Shown here: one piece after another, positions 63,725-64,000 of the stretch
Numbering within the stretch: the stretch's first letter is position 1
How the letters are laid out: each line of letters begins with the position of its first letter
Assembly: GCA_038087875.1 (NCBI GenBank)
Contig: CM075989.1
Location: 18,354,001-18,418,000, forward strand
Direction of reading: 5' to 3'
Length of the DNA: 64,000 bases
Source of the DNA: Malacoraja senta
Lineage: Eukaryota
Position numbers and translations under genes: made by a program
The notes under the pieces: generated by a model
Told to the model about the DNA's origin: nothing
Databases searched by the model: none
What the model saw: only the letters and a program-made list of their open reading frames with translations

Positions 63725-64000
63725 GAAAGTGGTGAAATCATTGGACAAAGTCAGCATGGATTTACGAAAGGTAAATCATGTCTGACGAATCTTATAGAAT
63801 TTTTCGAGGATGTAACTAGTAGCGTGGATAGGGGAGAACCAGTGGATGTGGTGTATCTGGACTTCCAGAAGGCTTTCGACAAGGTCCCACATAAGAGATT
63901 AGTATACAAACTTAAAGCACATGGCATTGGGGGTTCAGTATTGATGTGGATAGAGAACTGGCTGGCAAACAGGAAGCAAAGAGTAGGAGTAAACGGGTCC
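63725..64000 (+). pseudogene. Young CR1 reverse transcriptase fragment (continues past the window)
   Basis: Near-identical to 38934-39142. Confidence 0.93.

Overview
This is vertebrate nuclear DNA, and its repeat content points to a cartilaginous fish, probably a skate or ray. The repeats include HE1-type V-SINEs, CR1/HER1 LINE fragments, Penelope-like elements with GIY-YIG remnants, Rex1, L1, L2, RTE-X and Hero fragments, and hAT and Harbinger MITEs. I found no complete protein-coding gene. Nearly all listed ORFs are transposon remnants or translations of simple repeats. The only gene-like structure is a GC/CpG-rich block at about 26.7-30.6 kb. It looks like the 5' end of an unidentified minus-strand gene, with a CCAAT/E2F promoter, a GTAAGT donor and a possible ATG-bearing exon. 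A ~950 bp minisatellite sits directly against that promoter and grades into an older CCAAT/GLI-motif-rich array. The other notable patterns are: (1) many short Penelope-derived units, most carrying a hammerhead-like motif, with their own target-site duplications (TSDs); (2) an apparent insertion hotspot inside the SINE; (3) an inverted duplication that includes unique flanking DNA. A 200-N assembly gap lies at 39143-39342. Family names come from recalled sequence and motif similarity, not from a database search. Most repeat boundaries are approximate, and not every repeat copy is listed. I cannot claim a new biological system from the sequence alone.
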